From NCBI GenBank assembly GCA_007695355.1, contig REDX01000217.1, positions 14,213 to 78,212 on the forward strand: a stretch of 64,000 bases of DNA, given 5' to 3'. Shown here in pieces: positions 19,274 to 28,081 of this stretch; the first letter of the stretch is position 1, and the number at the start of each line of letters is the position of its first letter. The DNA comes from Planctomycetota bacterium. Its GTDB lineage: Bacteria; Planctomycetota; UBA11346. A program made the translations under genes and the position numbers. The notes under the pieces were generated by a model, which was not told the origin of the DNA, made no database searches, and saw only the letters and a list, made by a program, of their open reading frames with translations.

Positions 19274-20641
19274 ATGGCAGAGTCGCATGAAACCGCAGAA
19301 GAGCTGCCTGAATCAGAGGTATCCAGCTCCCAAGATCTCGCCGGGGAAGTGGAGAGTCTTTTTGAGGTACCCCAGTGGTGGAGCGATTGGTTGACCGCCA
19401 ATCCTTTGATCGCCCCCAGTATGGAACTGGCGGTATTGATGGTGGCGGCGCTGCTCACCTTTTTCGTAACCCGCCGCATTTTGCGTCCGACGCTCACTAG
19501 ATTGGTGCAGCGCACCAAAAATACTTGGGATGATATTCTCGTTTCCTCCGATTTTATTAATTGGATTTCATGGGTTCCGGTGACGGCGGTGCTTAATTAT
19601 GGCGTCCTGCTTACCAGTCATCTCCCATCGTGGTCGGTAGAGGTCATTCGCAATGTATCGCGTTCCTTGACTTTGGTCATGGTGCTGCTGGCGGTGGGGG
19701 CCTTGCTCACGGGCATTAATGCCATGTACAGCCGCCTTGAGATCGCCCGTTCGCGGCCGATTAAAGGCTACGTGCAGATTGTTAAGATTATTCTCTATAG
19801 TGTTGGTGGCTTGGCGGCAATCGCCTTACTGGTGGACCAGTCGCCCTGGAATTTCCTCGCTGGCATTGGCGCCATGACCGCCATTTTGCTCTTAATTTTC
19901 AAGGACACCATTCTCTCCCTGGTGGCCTCGATAACGGTAATGAGTAACGACATGGTGCGGGTGGGTGACTGGATTGAAATCCGCTCGGCTGGCGTCGACG
20001 GTGATGTCGTCGATTTATCCCTGCATACGGTAAAAATCCAAAACTTCGATCGCACAGTAAGTTACCTTCCAACACACCGACTAGTTTCTGAAACCGTTAA
20101 GAATTGGCGCGGCATGCAAGAGGCCGGGGGCCGGCGCATTATGCGTTCCATCACCATTGATTTACAGACGGTGCGCTTTCTCAATGACGAGGAAGTTGAC
20201 CGCTATGCCCGTTACCATCTGCTCAAAGAATACATTGCGCAAAAACGCGAAGTTTTGAAGGCGTGGAATGAAGAGCATGGCATAGGCCCGGAAAATGCTT
20301 CCGACGCCCGTCGCCTGACGAACCTGGGCACCCTGCGCGCCTACATTATTAACTACCTCAAGAATCGTCCGGACATTCATCAAGAGGGTAGCGGGCTGAT
20401 GTTTTTGGTGCGGCAGTTACAAACCAACGAACACGGCGTGCCCTTGGAAATCTACGTCTTCACCACTACCACCCGTTGGGTGGAGTACGAATGCATCCAG
20501 GCCGACATCTTTGATCACATCCTCGCTATGGTACCCGAGTTGGGTCTGCGCGTCTTCCAAGAGCCTTCAGGCGCCGACGTCACCACCGCCGCCCGCGCCA
20601 TCGCCGGCAACCGCCGCGACGACGACCCGGTAGAGCGTTAG
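19274..20641 (+). CDS. mechanosensitive ion channel family protein (MscS/YbdG-like)
   Basis: Several N-terminal TM helices. The MscS beta-domain signature is VGDWIEI...VDGDVVDLSLHTVKIQNFDRTVSYLPTHRLVSETVKNW. Confidence 0.85.
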   Translation: MAESHETAEELPESEVSSSQDLAGEVESLFEVPQWWSDWLTANPLIAPSMELAVLMVAALLTFFVTRRILRPTLTRLVQRTKNTWDDILVSSDFINWISWVPVTAVLNYGVLLTSHLPSWSVEVIRNVSRSLTLVMVLLAVGALLTGINAMYSRLEIARSRPIKGYVQIVKIILYSVGGLAAIALLVDQSPWNFLAGIGAMTAILLLIFKDTILSLVASITVMSNDMVRVGDWIEIRSAGVDGDVVDLSLHTVKIQNFDRTVSYLPTHRLVSETVKNWRGMQEAGGRRIMRSITIDLQTVRFLNDEEVDRYARYHLLKEYIAQKREVLKAWNEEHGIGPENASDARRLTNLGTLRAYIINYLKNRPDIHQEGSGLMFLVRQLQTNEHGVPLEIYVFTTTTRWVEYECIQADIFDHILAMVPELGLRVFQEPSGADVTTAARAIAGNRRDDDPVER

Positions 20642-20717
20642 GCACGGACCCTGCTTCCAGCCGAAGCGGGATGCATAAATCCGGCGCCAGCTCCTTAGCG
20701 GTAAGACACGGAAGCAC

Positions 20718-20743
20718 GGGCATAGGGACTGGGCATAGGGACA
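20718..20743. repeat. 13-nt tandem direct repeat GGGCATAGGGAC(T/A) x2
   Basis: Read directly. The second unit contains ATAGGGACAG, the same 10-mer found in the left flank of the HUH transposase gene (46981-46990). Confidence 0.7.
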
Positions 20744-20770
20744 GAGAGGAAAATCGCTTCCTTCCCTCCC

Positions 20771-20866
20771 AGCTTCCTGTTCTTCGTGGTTAAAAATTTC
20801 TCAGCGCAGCCGCGATGGCGATGAAGGGGAGGGGATAACCACGAAGGACACGAAGTGCACGAAGGG
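20771..20866. repeat. approx. 20-bp inverted repeat with a 43-nt spacer, plus CACGAAG x3 tandem
   Basis: The reverse complement of 20771-20792 is TAACCACGAAGAACAGGAAGCT. Positions 20836-20857 read TAACCACGAAGGACACGAAGTG (18/20 over the core). The right arm continues as CACGAAGGA CACGAAGTG CACGAAGGG. It lies between the convergent MscS and cheX genes. Confidence 0.7.
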
Positions 20867-20999
20867 GGGGTGGGTATTTTGCGTCGTCCGGGGGAGCTAA
20901 GCGATCAGCCCCCGTCGCTCTTTCATCGTGAAATAAACCGCCGCCCTCATCCGCAGCTTCTCGCCATCGGGATCGGCCGGGATTGTTAGTCCTTGGGTT

Positions 21000-21491
21000 T
21001 TATTTATCGGCGGGCTTGGTCGCCACTTCGATCAAGAAGGTTTCTTCCCAGTCGGATCTGGCGGTAAATTCACAGGCAATGGAGACCACTTCGGCGGGGT
21101 TCCAAAGCTGGGTAGGACTACCGGCAATGACCGTCGGGGTTGAGATGCTGAAGTTAAACCCGGATTTAGAAAAGCGCATTTTAGCGCCTCCGGCCACCAT
21201 ATTAGCCACTTCGCCGATGCCGTCATGAATCATTTGTTCATCCAGCGGCAGTTCTTCGCCAAGGAAAGCGGCGACAATGCGCTCGGCAAGAATTTGCGGA
21301 AAACTGACGGCGCAGGACCCGGTAATGCCATTGGAGAGTCCGATAACCCCGCTGATATTGCCGTGCATTTCGGTGTCTTTTTTGATGAACACGCGCTTAC
21401 GGCTGGGCTGGCATCCAGCCATTTGCTGCAAGCACTCCAGGGTGCTTTCGATGAAGGGATTGATCAAGTTGACATCGACAGTTTTAGCCAT
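21000..21491 (-). CDS. cheX: chemotaxis phosphatase CheX
   Basis: INPFIESTLECLQQMAG...GNISGVIGLSNGITGSCAVSF...GIGEVANMVAGGAK matches the CheX family pattern. 163 aa. Confidence 0.8.
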   Translation of the reverse strand: MAKTVDVNLINPFIESTLECLQQMAGCQPSRKRVFIKKDTEMHGNISGVIGLSNGITGSCAVSFPQILAERIVAAFLGEELPLDEQMIHDGIGEVANMVAGGAKMRFSKSGFNFSISTPTVIAGSPTQLWNPAEVVSIACEFTARSDWEETFLIEVATKPADK

Positions 21492-21602
21492 GGGTCCATG
21501 TTCCGGGTAAAGTTCTTATGTGCAAGAGTCAGCTAAGTAGAGAGAGGGCTAGGGCGTGGAGGCGGTCACATCTCGGCAAGCCACGGGGGCCGGGTGAACT
21601 AA

Positions 21603-22130
21603 CTACTGGACGCTTCCCCTGGCTGGGGCCCAGGCGCCGGGGACATAGTTGAGGCGGCGGTGGCGACGGATGGCTTGGGCTTCTTCGTGGTGATCGGCGG
21701 CGTATTGCACGTAGGGCCAAATAGCGATGGAGCCGCGGCTATCAAAGCGGCCCAGTACCTCAAGATAGAGTGGGCTAAGTAGCTGTACCAAATCGTCGCA
21801 GATAATCCGGCAGACGTCTTCGTGGAAGTCGCCGTGCATGCGGAAGGAACCAAGGTATTCCTTGAGACTCTTGCTTTCTACCAGGCTTAAGGCGGGCAGG
21901 TAGTTAATGGTGATCTCGGCCCAATCCGGCTGCCCGGTGACCGGACAGAGGCTGGTAAAACGTAGGGCGTGCAGGCTTACCCAGGGGCTTTCTTCAGGAT
22001 CATGGGCATCACCGGCGAAGGGCACCGCTTCAAGCAAGTCTGGGCGGTAGCTATAAGCGCTTTCACGCTGTTTCCCAAGGGTGCTTACCGGCAACTGATC
22101 ATCAGCGCGGGTGCGCGAGGCTTCGTTCAT
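21603..22130 (-). CDS. queF: NADPH-dependent 7-cyano-7-deazaguanine (preQ0) reductase
   Basis: Catalytic-Cys segment SLCPVTGQPDWAEITINY and QueF motif ESKSLKEYL. The ATGA start/stop overlap with folA (22127-22130) indicates translational coupling. Confidence 0.85.
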   Translation of the reverse strand: MNEASRTRADDQLPVSTLGKQRESAYSYRPDLLEAVPFAGDAHDPEESPWVSLHALRFTSLCPVTGQPDWAEITINYLPALSLVESKSLKEYLGSFRMHGDFHEDVCRIICDDLVQLLSPLYLEVLGRFDSRGSIAIWPYVQYAADHHEEAQAIRRHRRLNYVPGAWAPARGSVQ

Positions 22131-22618
22131 AATGTGCGCTCCAGGCGTCGGAAATGGAGGTGACCGCTGCGATGGCTTTTTGTCTCGACGAAGGCGCTCT
22201 CATCGAGTTCGGGGAAAAAGGTGTCGGCAGCATCGAGATGTAGGGTGATCTCTGTGAGTTCGCAGATGGTGACGAAGGGCAGGGCGGCGCGGTAAATGGC
22301 TTCGCCGCCGCAGACCCAGGGGCAGTCATCATAGCTGCGGGCGCGGGCGATAGCGCTTTCCAGGTCGTGCACGACTTCGCAGCCAGGGGCCTGGTAGTCG
22401 GTGTTTCGGGTAACAATAATATTTCGCCGTCCGGGCAGGGGGCGGCCGAAGGACTCGTAGGACTTGCGGCCGTGGATAATTGCATGGCCCATGGTTACCC
22501 GTTTGAAGTGCTGCAGGTCCTCGGGCTCGTGCCAGGGCAAGCCGCCGCTGGCCCCGATGGCCCGCTGGGGGATCGAATAGGCGACGACGAGTCCCAGGGC
22601 GGGAAGGGGGCTATTCAT
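22127..22618 (-). CDS. folA: dihydrofolate reductase
   Basis: [36 protein letters not shown] and GGEAIY motifs. ATGA overlap with the thyA stop. Confidence 0.9.
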   Translation of the reverse strand: MNSPLPALGLVVAYSIPQRAIGASGGLPWHEPEDLQHFKRVTMGHAIIHGRKSYESFGRPLPGRRNIIVTRNTDYQAPGCEVVHDLESAIARARSYDDCPWVCGGEAIYRAALPFVTICELTEITLHLDAADTFFPELDESAFVETKSHRSGHLHFRRLERTL

Positions 22619-23481
22619 ACGGCTACCGGCGCCTTGATTCCAGGATGGGGGTCATAGCCGACGAGTTCAAAATCTTCGGCGGTAAAGGCAAAGAGGTCTT
22701 GGCGATCGGGGTTAAGTCGCATTTGCGGGGCTGGCCGCGGCTCGCGCTGTAGCTGCCGTTGGGCCTGCTCAAAATGATTGTGGTAGAGATGGGCATCGCC
22801 AAGGGTGTGGATGAATTCGCCGGCGGTATAGCCGGTGACTTGGGCGATCATCATGGTCAGGAGGCTGTAGCTGGCGATATTAAAAGGCACGCCTAAAAAG
22901 ACATCGCCGGAACGCTGGTAGAGTTGACAGGAAAGGATGCGCTCTTTCGGGTCACACCAAAATTGGAAGAGGGTGTGGCAGGGCGGGAGGGCCACTTGAT
23001 TGGCTTCCACGGGATTCCAGCCACTGACAATCAGCCGCCGACTTTCGGGATTTTCGCGAATACCGTCGATGACCTGTTGAATTTGATCGACGCCGTCTGC
23101 GGCAAAACCGCCCTCACTGTTGCGGCTGGCTCCGTAATTGCGCCACTGATGGCCATAGATGGGGCCAAGGTCGCCGGCATGACGGCCAAAGCGTGCGCAC
23201 TGTTCGGCGGTTGCCCATTCATCCCAGATGGAGACGCCGCGCTCTTTCAGCCAGGTATTGTCGGTGCGTCCGGAGAGAAACCACAATAGCTCAATAATAA
23301 TGGATTTGACGTGTACCTTTTTCGTCGTCAGCAGGGGAAAGGAGTGGCGCAGGTCAAAGCGCATTTGATGGCCAAAGACGCCGCGGGTGCCGGTGCCGGT
23401 GCGATCACCGCGATCGACGCCGCTATCGATAATGCGATGCAGGAGGGCGAGATATTGCTCGTCAGCGGGAGATGCGCTCAT
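22615..23481 (-). CDS. thyA: thymidylate synthase (ThyA type)
   Basis: DRTGTGT, LPPCH (catalytic Cys), [23 protein letters not shown] and the C-terminal ...IKAPVAV are typical ThyA. Confidence 0.95.
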   Translation of the reverse strand: MSASPADEQYLALLHRIIDSGVDRGDRTGTGTRGVFGHQMRFDLRHSFPLLTTKKVHVKSIIIELLWFLSGRTDNTWLKERGVSIWDEWATAEQCARFGRHAGDLGPIYGHQWRNYGASRNSEGGFAADGVDQIQQVIDGIRENPESRRLIVSGWNPVEANQVALPPCHTLFQFWCDPKERILSCQLYQRSGDVFLGVPFNIASYSLLTMMIAQVTGYTAGEFIHTLGDAHLYHNHFEQAQRQLQREPRPAPQMRLNPDRQDLFAFTAEDFELVGYDPHPGIKAPVAV

Positions 23482-23586
23482 GGCTTTATATTGCCGGAAT
23501 CACCGGCCTAGCCAAGGGACAAGCTGGGGTGGATTCAAGGCCAGTGCAAAACTTGAACCCGGGATCGCCGATCTCCTGATCGGCCA

Positions 23587-23618
23587 GCAAAAAATGCCCT
23601 GAATAGGGCACTTTTTGC
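23587..23618. terminator. A-tract / hairpin / T-tract bidirectional terminator-like structure
   Basis: GCAAAAAATGCCCT GAAT AGGGCACTTTTTGC gives a 14-bp stem with one mismatch and a 4-nt loop, flanked by A-run and T-run. Confidence 0.5.
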
Positions 23619-23640
23619 GCTAAAAGATGCGCTAAAAGAT
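23617..23640. repeat. 12-nt tandem repeat GCGCTAAAAGAT x2
   Basis: Read directly. Related GCGCTAA(A)GGGG occurs again at about 23795 and about 24207. Confidence 0.7.
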
Positions 23641-23810
23641 CCACCGCGAAGCGGGATTCCTCAACCCAAGGCGAGCTTTCAGCCGCCCTGGGGTGGATTC
23701 AAGGCCATTGCAAAACTTGACCTTGGTCCTAGACGGCCATTGGGTGGATGCCTATTCCCCTTTTCCCCGTTTCCCCGTTTCCACTTTTCGCGTTGCGCTA
23801 AAGGGGTTGC

Positions 23811-24152
23811 CTAAGTGAAGGCCATGAGCGCCAAGGCGAGGCCGAGAATCGCGGCGATCACCCAGGCGGCAATCACCCAGCGCGGTACCGGCTTGCCATC
23901 GACGGGCTTGAGGGCCGAGCTGTGGCCGCGGTAGGCGGTGATCTCAGCGCTGCGGCGAGAGGCTTCACGGTGCACGGATTCGGAAAAGGCGCGGTCTTCG
24001 CCGCTGATACTGCCGCCCCCACTCAGGGCCTGGCGGTGCTGGAGGAGGGCTTGGTAGAGTTCCTTGGTGGCACGACTTTCCCTTTCATCGACGGCTTCGG
24101 CGTCGATGGTGGCGGCAAGGTGCTCGTCGCGCTGGGGAAGGGGGCTCGGCAT
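23811..24152 (-). CDS. hypothetical tail-anchored membrane protein
   Basis: 113 aa with a single C-terminal TM helix (WVIAAWVIAAILGLALALMAF). No recognisable domain. Confidence 0.45.
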   Translation of the reverse strand: MPSPLPQRDEHLAATIDAEAVDERESRATKELYQALLQHRQALSGGGSISGEDRAFSESVHREASRRSAEITAYRGHSSALKPVDGKPVPRWVIAAWVIAAILGLALALMAFT

Positions 24153-24332
24153 GGGGGGGAATGCTATCAGTGGGCTGATGGGGGTCCATGGGAATGGCAG
24201 ACACGCGCTAAGGGGGATCGCAAAACCTGCCTAGGGAGGGCCAAGAATTAGCTCGGCAAAGGGAAATACCGCCCGCGAAGCGAGCATTTCCTTTCCCCTG
24301 GCAAGTTGTGTATCGCCTAAGGCTTGACTATT

Positions 24333-27203
24333 TTACGGGCTTTCTTCCTCGGCGTTGTCGTTGGCTTCGACGGTAGGTAGGACAAGGATGTCCTCTGGCT
24401 TGGCCTCTGTCTCATCTTCTGCCGCCTCTTCGGTGGGTTCTGCCGGCGGTTCCTCGCTTTGCGGGGTGGCGAGTTGAATAATTACCGGCTCATACATGAA
24501 GTAGGTGTTGGCAATGCGCGCGAGATCACTGCGTTCAAGGTTGGCCATGCGACTGGGCTGGGCTAGCTCCTGTTCCAGGCTGCGGCCGCGCAAAAGACTG
24601 CTGACGTGGACTAAGGAGGCTTGGCCCTGGTCTTCCATCGCCAGCACCCGGGCATTAACCGCCAGGGCCTGGGCAGCGCTCATGTCATTGGCGGTAAGGC
24701 GGCCTTGCTCGCTCTGATTGCTGCTGGTGAGGGCGGTTACCACCTCGTTGACTTCACCGAGCACCAATTCGCGGACCTCCTCAAGGCGATGGTCGGGAAC
24801 CTTGACCAAGATCGCCCAGTATCCACGGCCGGCCAAGCTTTGACGCTCAGCGACCAAGGAATTCTCGGGATCGATGCCGGCGCGGCTCAGGGCGCTGGCA
24901 ATGCGCCCGCCGCGTCCCTGATTGCCGGTGAGAATGCTGGTAAAAATGCGGTGGGCGGCGAGGTCGCGCACGGATTCCATGTCTGGGCCACGCCAAACCA
25001 GGGCTAAGGCTTCTTCGCCGGGGTTGGCGGTGAGGGTGGTAACCGCTGGCGGTTGATGCTCGCTCCAAGTACTGCCGATCACAATGGGGGCCTCGGCTTC
25101 TCGCAATACGGGATCGGCAGTAAGGAGTGCATTTACAGAGGGGGTTAAATTATTGGCATCGAATTCGCCATAGACGCTAATTACGAGATTGCTGCCAACG
25201 GTGAGTTGCTGGTGCCATTGCAGCAGACGATCGCGGCCAAGGTTGCCAATCTGCTCGCGAATCACCGAGTTATCACGGTGGCCGTAATGGTCGCTAAGCA
25301 TGGTGGCGTCAACCACCCGGCGTAGACGTTCCTGCCACCCGGCGGGTTCGGCGCCAAAGATGGCAATCTGTTCGGCCACTGCCCGTTCCAGGGCGGCCTC
25401 GGGTAAAGCTGGGGATTTGATCAGATCAATCAGGAGCGAGAGCGCCTCGTTGACGTCATCGGGAAAGCAAATGAGGTGCAATTCTAGATGGTGGGCGGTG
25501 GCACGAATCCGAAAATCCATTCCGTAACTGCGTAAATAAGAGCGAAAATCTTGACCTTGTCGGGCCTGTGAGCCTTCCTCAAGGAGGCGGGCGAGAAGGG
25601 CGGTGGCGCCATAAAAACCATCGGGTTCAACGCTGGCGCCTGCATTCATGGTAAGGCGCACATGGGCTAAGCCGATGGGCATAAAACGATGAATCAGGCG
25701 TGCCCCAAAGGGCAGTTCTTCTTGACGCGGCACGACATCGGTCAGGGCGCTGCGGGTGCCCTGACGATTAGCCCCGCCATCGCTTTCGTCCCGCTCCGCA
25801 GGCACAAGGGTGATTTCTGAGCGATTGGCGCCTTTGGGATGTAGGTGGTTTGCGGCGAGGCGCTGAATGGCCTGGGCGTCCGTGTTGGTCACGGCTTGGC
25901 GGAAGGTACGGCCAAAGCCAGGCACGCCCACGGCCTGTTCCCAGCGTGCGAGATCGCGGGCCACTCCGGCGACACTGGCTAGGGCTTCGGCCTGACGTCG
26001 CTGCCAAAGACGCTTGGCGGTGGCCAATTCCTCGGCGCTTGGCCCATCCTGGCGCAGTTGGTCAAGGATCTCCTGGATATTAAACCAAGATTCTCCATCT
26101 GTGCCGCCGGTCGGCCGATAGGCGATGGTGAAAAGTCCAGGATTGCGCAGTCCCACCAAATGGCGGACTTGGATATCGCGGGCCCAGCGGCGAGCATCCC
26201 GTTCGTCGCTGAGTCGCTGTTCAAAACGGTGGGATAGGATAAGGCCCAGCAATTCCAGGCCGGCATGGTCTTGGTAGAATGAAAGCGGTGGCGTGCGCCA
26301 GCCAATCAGCCGGTATTCCTCGCCATCGGGGCTCTCACTTAATTGTTGCCGGGGAGCGAACTGCACCGGCTCGCTCATGTTTGCTGAGGGGCCCCAGTCG
26401 CCACTGGGGATCTCGCCGAAGGCGCGGCGAACGTCGCGCAAAACCTGGGCAGCACTGAGATTTCCAACGACAACTATTGTCATTCGATTAGTGGTGTAGT
26501 GACGACGATGGAATTCCTGAATTGCTTCAAGGTTAAGGGTGTCACGGCGGCTTGCGATACCGCGGCTAGGCAGGCGAGCTGGATGTTGACGGAATACGAG
26601 CTGCGCCAGGAGGCGCTGTGCCAATTCAGGTGCTAGGCGTGCATCGCGCTGGTCACCGGCGCGTAAAAGGGCCAGCGCCTGTTGGAAGTGTTCATTCGAG
26701 AACTGCGGCCGCGTCAGCATGCGTGCCAGCAGATTGATGCCTTCAGTAAAGGCGGTAGAGGTGGTTGACAGGGAAAAGGCGACTTGGTCGCTACTCCAAG
26801 TCTGACCTAGGTAGTTACTGGCATGGGTTTGCAGTTGATCGCCGAGGCGGGTTAATTCACCAGAGCGCTCACGGGCGGCGGCCTGAATCATCGCCTGCAC
26901 GGTGCGCGACATACCGCTGCCCAGCCAGGGCCCTTCGTCGCCGGGGCCGGCGCGCACCAAGGCAAGGATGTGCACAGCGTGGGTATCGCGACGATCGACA
27001 TGGATGAGGGTAAGGCCATTGGCTAGGACTTCGCGCTGGGCGCTTTCGCTCCAGGCTTGGTTCCAGATCTGACTTAAGCAGAGGAGGGGAAGCAAGAGTA
27101 TGCCGAAAGGGCATCCCCATCGCGATGCTCCGTGTCCTCTTACCGGCTGGCGATCGCTCTCGGTGAAGGGGGAGGTCCGAAACAAAGTGACAATGGGGGG
27201 CAT
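24333..27203 (-). CDS. M16 (pitrilysin/insulinase) family protein, tandem two-unit architecture, zinc motif absent
   Basis: Start at ATG 27203 (MPPIVTL..., then a hydrophobic signal). Two M16-like units begin LANGLTLIHV... and FGARLIHRF.... At the position of HxxEH the first unit reads GMSRTVQAMI and the second GATALLARLLEEG. The tail is acidic. Confidence 0.7.
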   Translation of the reverse strand: MPPIVTLFRTSPFTESDRQPVRGHGASRWGCPFGILLLPLLCLSQIWNQAWSESAQREVLANGLTLIHVDRRDTHAVHILALVRAGPGDEGPWLGSGMSRTVQAMIQAAARERSGELTRLGDQLQTHASNYLGQTWSSDQVAFSLSTTSTAFTEGINLLARMLTRPQFSNEHFQQALALLRAGDQRDARLAPELAQRLLAQLVFRQHPARLPSRGIASRRDTLNLEAIQEFHRRHYTTNRMTIVVVGNLSAAQVLRDVRRAFGEIPSGDWGPSANMSEPVQFAPRQQLSESPDGEEYRLIGWRTPPLSFYQDHAGLELLGLILSHRFEQRLSDERDARRWARDIQVRHLVGLRNPGLFTIAYRPTGGTDGESWFNIQEILDQLRQDGPSAEELATAKRLWQRRQAEALASVAGVARDLARWEQAVGVPGFGRTFRQAVTNTDAQAIQRLAANHLHPKGANRSEITLVPAERDESDGGANRQGTRSALTDVVPRQEELPFGARLIHRFMPIGLAHVRLTMNAGASVEPDGFYGATALLARLLEEGSQARQGQDFRSYLRSYGMDFRIRATAHHLELHLICFPDDVNEALSLLIDLIKSPALPEAALERAVAEQIAIFGAEPAGWQERLRRVVDATMLSDHYGHRDNSVIREQIGNLGRDRLLQWHQQLTVGSNLVISVYGEFDANNLTPSVNALLTADPVLREAEAPIVIGSTWSEHQPPAVTTLTANPGEEALALVWRGPDMESVRDLAAHRIFTSILTGNQGRGGRIASALSRAGIDPENSLVAERQSLAGRGYWAILVKVPDHRLEEVRELVLGEVNEVVTALTSSNQSEQGRLTANDMSAAQALAVNARVLAMEDQGQASLVHVSSLLRGRSLEQELAQPSRMANLERSDLARIANTYFMYEPVIIQLATPQSEEPPAEPTEEAAEDETEAKPEDILVLPTVEANDNAEEESP

Positions 27204-27403
27204 GGGTGGTCCGCGGCTACGAGGTCTATGGGGTGGCCCACTGCGGGCCGTTGAAACACAAGAATAATCACTGATGGGCGATGCTGATGCAAGGCCCGGT
27301 TTGCGCCGCCATGCCTTCAGGTTGCAGGGCTTGGCGGCTTCCGGGCCTATCAGCGCTGCTCCTGGAATCTGCCAAGGGGGTGGCAGACTCAACGCCTATC
27401 ATG

Positions 27404-28081
27404 GCTCTCTCCTCTCACCGCTTAACAGTCAGCGCTTGCTGCAGCCTCGGCTTGATCGGGTTGCTGCTGGCCATGGGCTGTCAGCGTCCTGGCTCGGTGC
27501 TTGCTCGGGAGGAGTTACAGCTGATCGCTTGGTATGTCGAGGATGTGGCCCATGGCCAATTGCGCGATCCCGGCGAATTGGCCCTGCTGGATGGCAGCGA
27601 TGGCGTGCGGCGGGTAGCTGAATGGGCGTGGGGCTCGCGCAGCGATGGCCGGCTGGTACGGCACCCTGATCCCCTGGCGGCGCGGCGGGGACGCTGGGCC
27701 TTACTTGCCCAGGGCCTGGGGGCGGGCCGCATTGTCTATACCCAAACCGGGCAGTTGGCATTGGCGCCCCAGCCTCGGGACCCTCAGGCAGCAGTAGAAG
27801 ATGCCGCCTGGCAGGGCACTCTGCGGCAGGCGGTGGAGTTGGAAAATCGCGATCGGGTGGCGACCACGTCCATTTTATTGGCCCTAAGCGGGGTACAGGA
27901 GGACGAGCACCGGGCCCCCCGGCTAATCGCGGCGTTGCAAGGGGCCCGTCGTGATCATGCTGCAGCCGCCGGAGGTCAGCCGTGGACACCCCCCACCCCA
28001 GCACCCTCACCGTCCAGCTCCCCGGGCGGTCTTACCCCATCCACTTCCCCGACGCCGGCCTCGCCGCGGCGGGCGCCCTAA
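27404..28081 (+). CDS. hypothetical lipoprotein
   Basis: MALSSHRLTVSACCSLGLIGLLLAMGC has a lipobox (LLAMGC). The ORF has no stop until 28081, so it runs 100 nt into aroB. The last approx. 33 codons (P/S/T-rich) are an alternative frame of aroB. Confidence 0.5.
   Translation, partial: ALSSHRLTVSACCSLGLIGLLLAMGCQRPGSVLAREELQLIAWYVEDVAHGQLRDPGELALLDGSDGVRRVAEWAWGSRSDGRLVRHPDPLAARRGRWALLAQGLGAGRIVYTQTGQLALAPQPRDPQAAVEDAAWQGTLRQAVELENRDRVATTSILLALSGVQEDEHRAPRLIAALQGARRDHAAAAGGQPWTPPTPAPSPSSSPGGLTPSTSPTPASPRRAP

Larger units (their letters stand above)
23524..23720. repeat. two copies of a 33-nt direct repeat (period 164 nt)
   Basis: CTGGGGTGGATTCAAGGCCAGTGCAAAACTTGA at 23524-23556 and the same with one G>T change at 23688-23720. 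Each contains a short TTCAAG...CTTGA(A) inverted pair. Confidence 0.8.

Noticed and set aside
21603-23481. preQ1 riboswitch expected near queF.
   Set aside because: queF is translationally coupled to folA (ATGA overlap), so no leader exists. I saw no preQ1-like hairpin in the region upstream of thyA.
23524-23720. Direct repeats considered as a possible CRISPR array.
   Set aside because: There are only two copies, 164 nt apart, with no cas genes and no regular repeat-spacer periodicity.
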